DNA from: a virus
Lineage: Duplodnaviria; Caudoviricetes
Virus record (IMG/VR): IMGVR_UViG_3300035499_000517
Location: 1 to 64,000 of that record
Length of the DNA stretch: 64,000 bases
Strand: one strand, 5' to 3'
Part shown: positions 55,563 through 64,000 of the stretch, piece after piece
How positions within the stretch are numbered: position 1 is the first letter of the stretch
Layout: every line of letters starts with the position of its first letter
Program-made: the position numbers and the translations under genes
Notes under the pieces: model-generated
What the model was told of the DNA's origin: nothing
Seen by the model: only the letters and a program-made list of their open reading frames with translations
Database searches by the model: none

Positions 55563-57095
55563 ATGAATCAAAGAGAAATTCGTGAAGCAGATGAGTTACT
55601 GAAGTCTGCGAAAGAAATGGTGGAAACCGAACGTGAATTGGTTGAGGGTTCCATAAAAGATTGTGGCTATGATCCGGAGAAGATTCGTGAGTATGTCATC
55701 GAGCATCCGGTTGCTCATGAAGAAGAGACGACTGAGAATACAGATGAGACTCCGGAGATTTCTGAAGGTACCGAGGAGGACCTGGAAGCAGCCATCAAAG
55801 AGAATCAGAATAAGTATAAAGAAGAAACAATCGCTGGATACACAGAGCTTGTAACTGGGCAGTTTAAAGATCTTTCTGTTCTGTTATCTCTGGATTCAGG
55901 AGTCGTTATCGAAGAGAATGACGACAATAAGAAAGATCTTGTTGATGCTCTCGTTGGAATGGTAGAACTCATTGAGTCTGAAAACGAGATCAAAGACCTC
56001 CAGGCAAATCTGAATGAGGAGTATGATAAGTATCTTGATTATCTGGCTTCTCCGGAGTACAGTGCACTTCAGGATAAGAAGATTGAAGAACTGTCTGCTC
56101 GTTTGGAAGAGCTTGAGAAGTCTGAAAAGAATCAGTATGTAAACATCAAGAAGCTTAAGGCAGATATTCGCCTGTTGAAGGGTCGTTATGATTTCAGCTT
56201 CATGGATAACCGTGTTACCATCGAAAATGAGATGGAAAACTTCTTCAATAACTATCGCAGCAATTATGTGATTGAGAAGTTCACCTCTAAGTGTAAGCAG
56301 AGCAAGGTGAATCCGGATGTTTATCGTTACTTCTTCAATATTGAGGAGAAGTTCTTGGATGAGCATTATCATCCATTCAACAACCTCTTCCTCTTCTACT
56401 GTATGAGATGGATCGGAAACGCCGATGCTACGAAGCAGAGAGATGAGATCAAGCTAGTATTTAACATCTTAACAAAGATCGTGTACAACAAGTTCCCGAG
56501 TGAGGAAGCTCGCCAGAGTGCATTAAATGCAATCATGGCACATCATGATGCTTACATCGAAGCAGGTTACACAGAGAAGTTCATCGAGAACAACACTTCT
56601 TATCCAAATCATCCGGTTCGTCTTGAGAAGGAGAGACAGGCTGCTGAGAACTTTAAAGATGTTGCAATTAGCAATCTGAACAAGGAGTTCAACACAGTCC
56701 TTGACAGAAGCAAATACGATGATATGAGTGTAGATGATCTTCATCAGTACACCATTCTTTTAAAGAGTCTCAAGAATGACTTCAGTGTTGAAGTTACCAG
56801 CGAGATGTTCGATATGTCCTTAGATGAACTGAAAGAGATCTGGAACCAGAAGTCTGAGGAAAAAGCAAAAGAAGCAGAAGAGAAAGTACAGGTTAAAGTA
56901 GCCGATTCGGATGAAGAGCAGACTGAATCCAATGATGAAGATGCAGAACCATCTGATGATCCTGGAGATGCTACAGAGGAAGCATCTGATAATGCTGAAG
57001 TTCCGGAAACAACAAAAGAAGTTCGTGAGATCAGCGATTCCTTTGCTGTTCAGGATGAGGTTACAAAAGTGACAGAAAATAAAGGGGAGGAATAA
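55563..57095 (+). CDS. Hypothetical acidic coiled-coil protein
   Basis: 510 aa, AAGGAGG RBS, GACA-N6-TAA at 55525-55537, strong codon bias. Confidence 0.85.
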   Translation: MNQREIREADELLKSAKEMVETERELVEGSIKDCGYDPEKIREYVIEHPVAHEEETTENTDETPEISEGTEEDLEAAIKENQNKYKEETIAGYTELVTGQFKDLSVLLSLDSGVVIEENDDNKKDLVDALVGMVELIESENEIKDLQANLNEEYDKYLDYLASPEYSALQDKKIEELSARLEELEKSEKNQYVNIKKLKADIRLLKGRYDFSFMDNRVTIENEMENFFNNYRSNYVIEKFTSKCKQSKVNPDVYRYFFNIEEKFLDEHYHPFNNLFLFYCMRWIGNADATKQRDEIKLVFNILTKIVYNKFPSEEARQSALNAIMAHHDAYIEAGYTEKFIENNTSYPNHPVRLEKERQAAENFKDVAISNLNKEFNTVLDRSKYDDMSVDDLHQYTILLKSLKNDFSVEVTSEMFDMSLDELKEIWNQKSEEKAKEAEEKVQVKVADSDEEQTESNDEDAEPSDDPGDATEEASDNAEVPETTKEVREISDSFAVQDEVTKVTENKGEE

Positions 57096-57096
57096 T

Positions 57097-57744
57097 ATGC
57101 CACGGGGGAAATTTATTGTATTCGAGGGCATTGATGGTAGTGGGAAATCCACTACCATGAGCCTGTTAGAGGGAAATCTTAGCAGTAGGTATGGAAATCA
57201 CTTTCTTTGCGAAGAGGAACCAACCCATAATTCAGTTGGACAGATTTTTCATCAACTTATGACTGGGGATCTCCCATTTGATAATGAGGTAGCTGCTGGA
57301 TTTATTTCGATGGATCGATATGATCATATCGTTAATCCAAATCGTGGGCTTCTTAAGAAAATCAATGAAGGGAAAACTGTACTCGAATCTAGGTATACCT
57401 ATTCAACACTCGCTTATAATATGAGCGATGTTAGCAGGGATTATTTGGTGTATCTTCATAATAAATACAATCAGATTTTAAAACCTGATATTATCATTTA
57501 TCTTGATATTGATCCAGAGCTTGCTTTGGAAAGACTCAGCAGGCGGAATAGATCTGAAGAGGTCTTTGAAAAGCTTGATACATTAAAACAGATCAGGGAA
57601 AATTATCTGAAAGTATTTTCAGAGTTTGGTGAAAACGATAACATCTATTCGTATAGTATCACAAAAGATACGCATGTTTACGATGTTGTGGAGGATTTAA
57701 TTCCAGTAATTGAGAATTGCTGTGGCTTTGGGTCCTATCGTTAA
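57097..57744 (+). CDS. tmk: Thymidylate (dTMP) kinase
   Basis: FIVFEGIDGSGKST P-loop, EP, DR.H, PD..IYLD, lid region; canonical DRY motif reads SRY. Confidence 0.88.
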   Translation: MPRGKFIVFEGIDGSGKSTTMSLLEGNLSSRYGNHFLCEEEPTHNSVGQIFHQLMTGDLPFDNEVAAGFISMDRYDHIVNPNRGLLKKINEGKTVLESRYTYSTLAYNMSDVSRDYLVYLHNKYNQILKPDIIIYLDIDPELALERLSRRNRSEEVFEKLDTLKQIRENYLKVFSEFGENDNIYSYSITKDTHVYDVVEDLIPVIENCCGFGSYR

Positions 57745-57794
57745 TACCAATATAACTAAATAAAAAACTGAATAAAGAGGAAAGAGGGAAAACT

Positions 57795-58214
57795 ATGCTT
57801 TACAACTTACAGTCTTTACTGCAAAAAATATATTATAAATTAAGGTATAAATTAAACGATAATTCTGGAAAGGCGATTTGTGTAAGAAATACAAGTCGTG
57901 CAGTAGACGATGAGTTGTTAGAATTAGTTGTAAAAGAGGCAATCAGAGACGAGGAGAATCCCGTTGTAGTAGTTGGAGAAATTGGCGTAAAGAGAAAGAT
58001 TATGTATCGTATGCGCCAAGTTTTAGCAAGTAGTGGGAAGGAGAAAGATTGGTTATCTCACTATAATCGTCTCCAGAGAGTGGTGTTATTACCAGATGCA
58101 AATTTATCCGGTTATAGATATATTTATGTCGCTCACATGACAAGCTATCAATTAAGCAGTATAATTCTTGACAACCCATCCCTGAAAATCAAGAATGGAT
58201 TTTACTTTTATTAA
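57795..58214 (+). CDS. Hypothetical protein
   Basis: 139 aa with RBS. Confidence 0.7.
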   Translation: MLYNLQSLLQKIYYKLRYKLNDNSGKAICVRNTSRAVDDELLELVVKEAIRDEENPVVVVGEIGVKRKIMYRMRQVLASSGKEKDWLSHYNRLQRVVLLPDANLSGYRYIYVAHMTSYQLSSIILDNPSLKIKNGFYFY

Positions 58215-58294
58215 TAGAGAGAAGCAAGATGTCTTTACGATGTCTTGCTTCTTTTACACCCTTGGACATTAACTTAAAGAAAGGAGTGAGCATT

Positions 58295-59557
58295 ATGCAG
58301 CAGAATACTTCATATTTTGATTTAGACGAACACCGTCTGAATTATATGTCCGTAATGGCAAGTAGTGCGCATACTTATGGAAACTTGCTTGCAACAGTAC
58401 AGAAGTGGTTTCTGGATATTTTTCCGGATAACTTTTTTAAGACGATTCATGTAAGCTCAAGAATCGCCCATAAACAGATATTATCAACACCAACCCAATT
58501 CTTAAAGAAATCAAAACCAATGATTATCTTTCGTCCAAGAATTGATTACAACGAGGATACATTCTTAGGGAAAACGATGTTTGTTGAGAGAATGGGTGGA
58601 GGACCAATCAATAGTCAGTCTCCAGGAACTGTAGATTTGAATCCCTTCTTATTTGATCCAGAAAGGAATTTAGAGGTACAATTCTCTCAGACAAGAAGGA
58701 TTATGTACATGGATATTACGATGGTATTTTCTACACTAATCCAACAGCTTAATTATATGGATTTCTTAAGAACACAATTTGTTCCGGGGAGACCATTTGA
58801 TATTGATACACACTTGGAAGCATATTTACCAAATACTTTTATGGAAACGCTTGGAAATTTAGCAGGGGTTCCAGTACATCAGAAAGATGGGTCAGTTGGG
58901 GATTTCTTAGATTATTTGAATGGACATTCCTATTTCCCAGTTACTTATAAGCTTGCTGGAGAAACAGGAAAAGAAGAGTTCTATCGGTATTATCCGGCAA
59001 AGATTTTTACTATCTTACAGGATTTGGATAAGGATGATGGAGAATCAACGAATCAGGTAATGACATCATACCGAATTACCTTATCTCTCAAACTAGAGTT
59101 CTGGTCTCCGTCTATCACGTATCTTTTTTCTCCACATATCAAGGAAATACCGAAGATGGAGATTCCAACGGATTCCACATTGATTCCAATTTATGCAGAT
59201 ATTTTTGACTTTGATGATTTGGAGTTAAACCCTGGATGGAGTGTGTATTCACATGCATCTTATCGACTGGATAAACCAAACGATTCAGTTGATATCAAAC
59301 CGATCTTAAAGCAATCAATTATACAGGCGATCGATTATCACATTTCAAATCATATTCCGCTTGTAAACTTGATTGATATCAGGGTAAGAAAACAGGGAGA
59401 TTTATTGTTGGAAGGATCAGATTATTCCATTGATTATGAAAAGAAAGTGGTGCAGTTTTATAACCATGATTATGGTTATTACACATACACAATTGTGATT
59501 ACTGTTGATACTCAGTATATCAACCAGCTCATTAAAGATGTCTTTCATTTAGAGTGA
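58295..59557 (+). CDS. Putative virion structural protein
   Basis: Start moved to ATG 58295 (AAGGAG RBS); GACA-TTAACT-TAA late motif at 58265-58277. Confidence 0.65.
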   Translation: MQQNTSYFDLDEHRLNYMSVMASSAHTYGNLLATVQKWFLDIFPDNFFKTIHVSSRIAHKQILSTPTQFLKKSKPMIIFRPRIDYNEDTFLGKTMFVERMGGGPINSQSPGTVDLNPFLFDPERNLEVQFSQTRRIMYMDITMVFSTLIQQLNYMDFLRTQFVPGRPFDIDTHLEAYLPNTFMETLGNLAGVPVHQKDGSVGDFLDYLNGHSYFPVTYKLAGETGKEEFYRYYPAKIFTILQDLDKDDGESTNQVMTSYRITLSLKLEFWSPSITYLFSPHIKEIPKMEIPTDSTLIPIYADIFDFDDLELNPGWSVYSHASYRLDKPNDSVDIKPILKQSIIQAIDYHISNHIPLVNLIDIRVRKQGDLLLEGSDYSIDYEKKVVQFYNHDYGYYTYTIVITVDTQYINQLIKDVFHLE

Positions 59558-59558
59558 C

Positions 59559-59817
59559 AAAAGAAAGAAGGTAGAGGTTTGCACATTCCTCTACCTTCTT
59601 CTAAGCCCGGTGCGCGAATTATAGCAAAAGATTCTATTTCACACGTTCAAAAAATTAACTGTTTAGGAGGGTTTTCATCATGAGTAATTAGGTTGTCCAA
59701 CAGGAGACAACTTTTCGGACACTTTACCATATCATGAATCATTCAAAAAACTACATGAAAAATCAATGTACCAGAGTCAAACTAACTAATACAAAAAGGA
59801 AATAAGCTCCGGGCTTT
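59559..59817 (-). ncRNA. Candidate structured late non-coding RNA
   Basis: Late promoter 59816-59828 (minus); terminal stem AAGCCCGGAGC / GCACCGGGCTT; internal hairpins; ends in terminator 59559-59601; no sizeable ORF. Confidence 0.55.
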
Positions 59818-59888
59818 AACTTTTTGTTATCGCTTTATATTTTAGGTAAAACTGAAAATTAACGAGGAATTAGAAAGGATTTGATTCG

Positions 59889-62471
59889 ATGTTTATAAGA
59901 GAAATTATCTTAGAAAACTTTCAGAATTTAAAGACTGGAATTGGAGTAAACAAATTAGAATTAGACTTCACAAAACAAAAGAATCCAGTCTGTATTATTA
60001 TTGGTCCAAACGGTGCAGGGAAAACGAGTCTATTAAGTTATTTGACTCCATTTGCTACCGTTGGAGATTTGGATATAAGAAATGCAACGAGACCCATCAT
60101 AAAAGGAAAGAATGGGTATAAGAAGATTGTATTGCTTGATGACGAACGAAATGAATACGTCATCGAGCATTTTTACACCCCAAAAAGCGATGGAGCATTT
60201 ATCATCAAGTCTTATTTTAAGATGAATGATGTGGAATTAAATGAGAATGGAAATGTCACATCATTTAAGGATTTGGTAGCAGAGCATCTGGATATTGAGA
60301 TGAGTTACTTAAAGCTCATAAGAATGGGTGATAATGTAAAGAATCTCATTACATCAAGAGGAGCAGAGAGAAAAGTCTTTGCTACGAAAATCTTAGAGGA
60401 AGTGGATTGGTACTTAAAGCAATATAAAGAAGCTTCTCAAAGAGAGAAAGATACAAAAGCAGTTATTGGTCATATCATTGATGAAATCAAAAAGACTTCT
60501 GTAGAAGATGAAAAGAAGTCTGAGATTGAGATTGCTGAGATGAATCAGGAGCTTGCTACATTAGATGCTGTAATTGCAAAAGTAAATGAAGAACTCACAC
60601 GATATAAATACGATTACGAGAAGTTAAATATCGGTGGAGATTTTCCATTTCTTTTAAAGGCAGCAACGAAACGAATAGAATCATTTACGAATGCATTAGA
60701 GATTGCAAAGGCAGAAAGTCTGGACTTAAAGAAAGCCAATAAGAAGTTGGAATCTTTATCCTTACTGGAAGTTGAATTACAAGGAAAAGTAAAAGCAGCT
60801 TCTGATGTCATTTCAAGAATCTTACAGGATATTGATAATGAGATGAATGAACTCGATGAAATCAAAGCTTCGATTAAGAAAGAAGAAAAGGATTTAAATC
60901 TGGAATCTTTAGAGAATTACTTTCATGATTTACGGAAACGTACAAATCATGCTTATCGAAGTGCTTTTGATGAGAGAACTGTCAACTGTTCAAAAGAAGA
61001 GTTTGATGAGTTCGTGGTATTCTTAAAGAATATCCAGTCACAGTTAAATCTCACTTATGACTTCGGCAAAGACCCGATTAAGAAAGTCTTAAAAGAGATG
61101 AAAGCAAATAACGATATTCCATCTCTTATCAAAGCTTCTTTACTTACAATTGAAGCACAGGAGAATGCAGAGCGATTATCATTAGTAGACAGGATTATCA
61201 ATCGTTATGCAGGAATTAAAATTACTTGTGAACAGGAATGTCCATTAAAGCAACTTCACAAAGAACTACTTGACATCAAAGATGCTGTTCCAGTTGCTTC
61301 TGTAAAATATACTTCTGAGTTTTATCATATGATGCAACTTGCTTATGATAACTTAACGAATGTCTTTTCTCAGCTCAATGAGAAAGCGGAGTTTATTCAG
61401 AAGCTTCCTGAAGACATTCAGAAATTCTTCCTTGTAGATAATCTTTACAAGAAGATTGGAAATGCAGAATGCATCTTCGATGATAAACTTATCAATGATT
61501 ACATTTCTTTCTTGACAGAACGAGAAAATTATAATCAGTTGAAGAAAGAATGTGATGAGGTTGAAAAAGATCTCATTAAAATGAAAGCATTGAGTAAGAT
61601 GGAGTTTTTGACAAAGCAACGAGATAAGATCTCTTCTCATATAGAAAAGCTCCAAGAAGAACTCGAAGATGAGAAAGCTTCAAAAGAAGCAGTAGAAGAT
61701 GAACTTCGTAGTTGTAGATCTGATATCACTTCGGTTCGGACTATTTCTGAAGCTCTTACTGAATATGATGAAGCAAAAACAAATTATGAGGATATCACAA
61801 AACGTGATGAAGAAGGTAAGAAATTATCTTCAAGAATAGGGGATTTAGACTCTCAATTGAATGAGTTTAATCAGCGTCGTTATTTGTTATCCCTAGACGT
61901 GTCCAGCAAAGAGTCAAAACTTAAAAGATATCGTGATTTAGTAACTCAATTAGAGGATTATCGCTTGCTTTATGAAGACTATTCGAACTTAAAGTTCGCT
62001 TTATCGGGAACAACAGGTATTCCACTTGAACATATCCGAGCATACTTTAAGAAAGTCACAAAGATTGCAAATGAACTTCTTGATATTGTCTATCATGGAG
62101 ATTTATATCTTGATAAGTTTGAGATTACTGAGAATGATTTCTTGATGCCTTACGTGAAAAATGGAGTTCGTATCGATGATGTCTCTTCTGCTTCGCAGGG
62201 AGAAGCCAGCTTCTTTAATATGGCGATCTCTTCTGCACTTCGAGCAATGAGTATGTCACGTTATAATGTAGGACTCTATGATGAAGTAGATTCCATGTTT
62301 GATGATAAAAACCGACAAAGATTTATTCCTGTCTTAGAGAAACAGATGGAGCTTAATAACATCAGACAGGCATTCTTAATTACACACAACATGATGTTTC
62401 GTCAGTATCCAGTTGATATTATTAACATGGAAGACTTAGATAAATCCACTATTGGTGTAAAATACGAGTAA
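59889..62471 (+). CDS. sbcC: SbcC/Rad50-like SMC ATPase
   Basis: Walker A GPNGAGKT, long coiled coils with central CEQECP hook, signature SQGE, Walker B LYDEVD, ITH. Confidence 0.92.
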   Translation: MFIREIILENFQNLKTGIGVNKLELDFTKQKNPVCIIIGPNGAGKTSLLSYLTPFATVGDLDIRNATRPIIKGKNGYKKIVLLDDERNEYVIEHFYTPKSDGAFIIKSYFKMNDVELNENGNVTSFKDLVAEHLDIEMSYLKLIRMGDNVKNLITSRGAERKVFATKILEEVDWYLKQYKEASQREKDTKAVIGHIIDEIKKTSVEDEKKSEIEIAEMNQELATLDAVIAKVNEELTRYKYDYEKLNIGGDFPFLLKAATKRIESFTNALEIAKAESLDLKKANKKLESLSLLEVELQGKVKAASDVISRILQDIDNEMNELDEIKASIKKEEKDLNLESLENYFHDLRKRTNHAYRSAFDERTVNCSKEEFDEFVVFLKNIQSQLNLTYDFGKDPIKKVLKEMKANNDIPSLIKASLLTIEAQENAERLSLVDRIINRYAGIKITCEQECPLKQLHKELLDIKDAVPVASVKYTSEFYHMMQLAYDNLTNVFSQLNEKAEFIQKLPEDIQKFFLVDNLYKKIGNAECIFDDKLINDYISFLTERENYNQLKKECDEVEKDLIKMKALSKMEFLTKQRDKISSHIEKLQEELEDEKASKEAVEDELRSCRSDITSVRTISEALTEYDEAKTNYEDITKRDEEGKKLSSRIGDLDSQLNEFNQRRYLLSLDVSSKESKLKRYRDLVTQLEDYRLLYEDYSNLKFALSGTTGIPLEHIRAYFKKVTKIANELLDIVYHGDLYLDKFEITENDFLMPYVKNGVRIDDVSSASQGEASFFNMAISSALRAMSMSRYNVGLYDEVDSMFDDKNRQRFIPVLEKQMELNNIRQAFLITHNMMFRQYPVDIINMEDLDKSTIGVKYE

Positions 62472-62583
62472 GAATGCTCAACTCAAATTTGAGTTATACA
62501 TTATCTATTTGAGGTAAAGGGGAGTAGGATAATTTTCTACTTCCCTTTTCACATTCGGTTAATCAGAAAGGAGGTAGTTAACC

Positions 62584-62634
62584 GTGATTACATTCATACG
62601 GACAGAATTAATAGGAGAAAAGTATAAAGAGTAG
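62584..62634 (+). CDS. Possible 16-aa leader peptide
   Basis: AAGGAGGT RBS, GTG ATT ACA...GAG TAG (MITFIRTELIGEKYKE). Confidence 0.35.
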   Translation: MITFIRTELIGEKYKE

Positions 62635-62651
62635 TTTGGGAGGAATTTTAA

Positions 62652-63908
62652 ATGGCACATGTAGTACGAACAGAAGTCATTAATTTGAAAAATGAATATG
62701 TCGTGGCTGACCAAGTCTCATGGGATCGATTATTCTATGATGACATTATGAACCATGATGGATTTGTTATTTCAGAACCTGCCGTCTTATCATTAGATGG
62801 TAGAAAAGAGAAAAATATGTTTGGACCAAACTCTCCACTGTTTGGAACCACTTATGGTGACGAGCAGGCATTTATGGAAAGGCATAGATGTAAATGTGGA
62901 GAATTTAAAGGACTACGTTTCAAAGGTGAAATTTGCCCTTTCTGTGGTACAAAGGTAGAAGCCAGAGATATGGATATCAAAAAGACTGGCTGGATTAGTT
63001 TGGGTGATAATGTTTTAATTAGCCCTTACTGGTATAAGATATTTGAAAGAACCATTGGGAAGAAACCATTTGCAGAGATGGTGGAAAGAATCGAAAGAGT
63101 TGATGCTGATGGTAATCGTCATGAGGTCGCTTATGATGAGGATCATCCACCATCATCTCCATTTGCTGGAATAGGAATCGACGGGTTTTACGAAAGATAT
63201 GATGAGATACTCGATTACTTTGCAGCAAAGAAAAAAGATAAGAGGGAACAACTGAATCAGGCAAAGCGTTGTAAATACAAAGCTTTCATTCATCATATTC
63301 CTGTATATTCGACTTTCTTAAGACCATCATCGGTTACAGCTGATACATTCTATTTCAATGGTATTGATAAAGAGATAAATACATTGGTTAACTTATCTAT
63401 GACGCTCAGGGATTGTGAGCCCATAGAGAAACCCTTTATTCAAACACATATGCAGACTAGACTGCAAACCATGTGGGAGTTGAACTTCAACCAAGTCTCG
63501 CAAAAGAAGGGATTTATACGTAATAAGATCATATCAGGTTCCCTAAATTATACGAGTCGCTCAGTCATAACGCCGGATCCAACACTTGCTGTAGATCAGG
63601 TAGACATGAGTTATCAGGGATTTCGTATCTTATTTAAATATAAGATTATTTACTACTTGATGAAAATACTTAATATATCGCTCTCTGATGCCTACATGAT
63701 GTGGAAAGATGCATATAAGAAAGACGATTACGTTCTTTCTATTATGAATTATATAGTAAAGAAAGAAAAACCGAGGATTTTATTAAATAGAAATCCTACA
63801 ATCAATCTGTATTCAATGCTTATGTTAAGAATACGCCGGGTGAAGGACGATTGGAAGAGGACAACGTTGTCTGTTCCTTTATTTATTTTAGCCGGTTTGA
63901 ATGCCGAT
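62652..63908 (+). CDS. Non-virion RNA polymerase beta' subunit, N-terminal part (exon 1; gene continues past the window)
   Basis: Not in ORF track. MAHVVRTEVI...; Zn finger CKCG...CPFC; SRSVITP; LLNRNPT; GLNAD at the exon end (first half of NADFDGD). Confidence 0.9.
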
Positions 63909-64000
63909 CAACGAATCACCGCAAGGTCGGGACGTGTGGTAACACATAGTCGAGAAGTACGTGAACGTTTAACAAACGGTGTTAATCATTCATTAAGAAT
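63909..64000 (+). ncRNA. Group I intron 5' end, inserted in NAD|FDGD (partial)
   Basis: Protein similarity stops at NAD; P1 CCGAT|.../GTCGG with U-G at the junction; P2 hairpin GAC-GTGT-GGTA-ACAC...GTC follows. Confidence 0.75.

Noticed and set aside
1-64000. tRNA/rRNA genes, reverse transcriptase/DGR, PhuZ tubulin or nuclear shell gene
   Set aside because: No recognisable motifs in this window; a divergent shell protein among the hypotheticals cannot be excluded without structure searches

Overview
A 64-kb segment of a jumbo tailed phage of the phiKZ/AR9 (PBS1)-like type, most likely infecting a Firmicute. The host inference rests on strong AGGAGG RBSs, a Clostridia-style 3D-domain protein and a XerD-type recombinase. 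The window encodes parts of two multisubunit RNA polymerases: a 1659-aa virion-type beta, and non-virion beta-N and beta'-N subunits. It also encodes a split family-B DNA polymerase, an SF2 helicase, SbcC and SbcD, a dTMP kinase, a T4 gp23-like major capsid protein, neck and fibre proteins, and many hypothetical genes. Two long CDSs missing from the ORF track run off the window edges (1-3036 minus; 62652-end plus). Four group I introns interrupt essential genes: two in nvRNAP beta-N flanking a 107-nt mini-exon, one in DNA polymerase motif B, and one in the NADFDGD motif of beta'. The three complete introns are ORF-less, two are close paralogues, and one appears to have a non-canonical C at its 5' splice site. 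Two promoter classes can be read directly from the sequence: early TATATTATCT and AR9-like late (A/G/C)ACA-N6-TAA. The late motif reveals an unannotated ~260-nt structured non-coding RNA (59559-59817, minus) containing anti-RBS/anti-start-codon segments, and a 230-nt GGA-rich structured leader. All family assignments come from manual motif recognition, not database searches.
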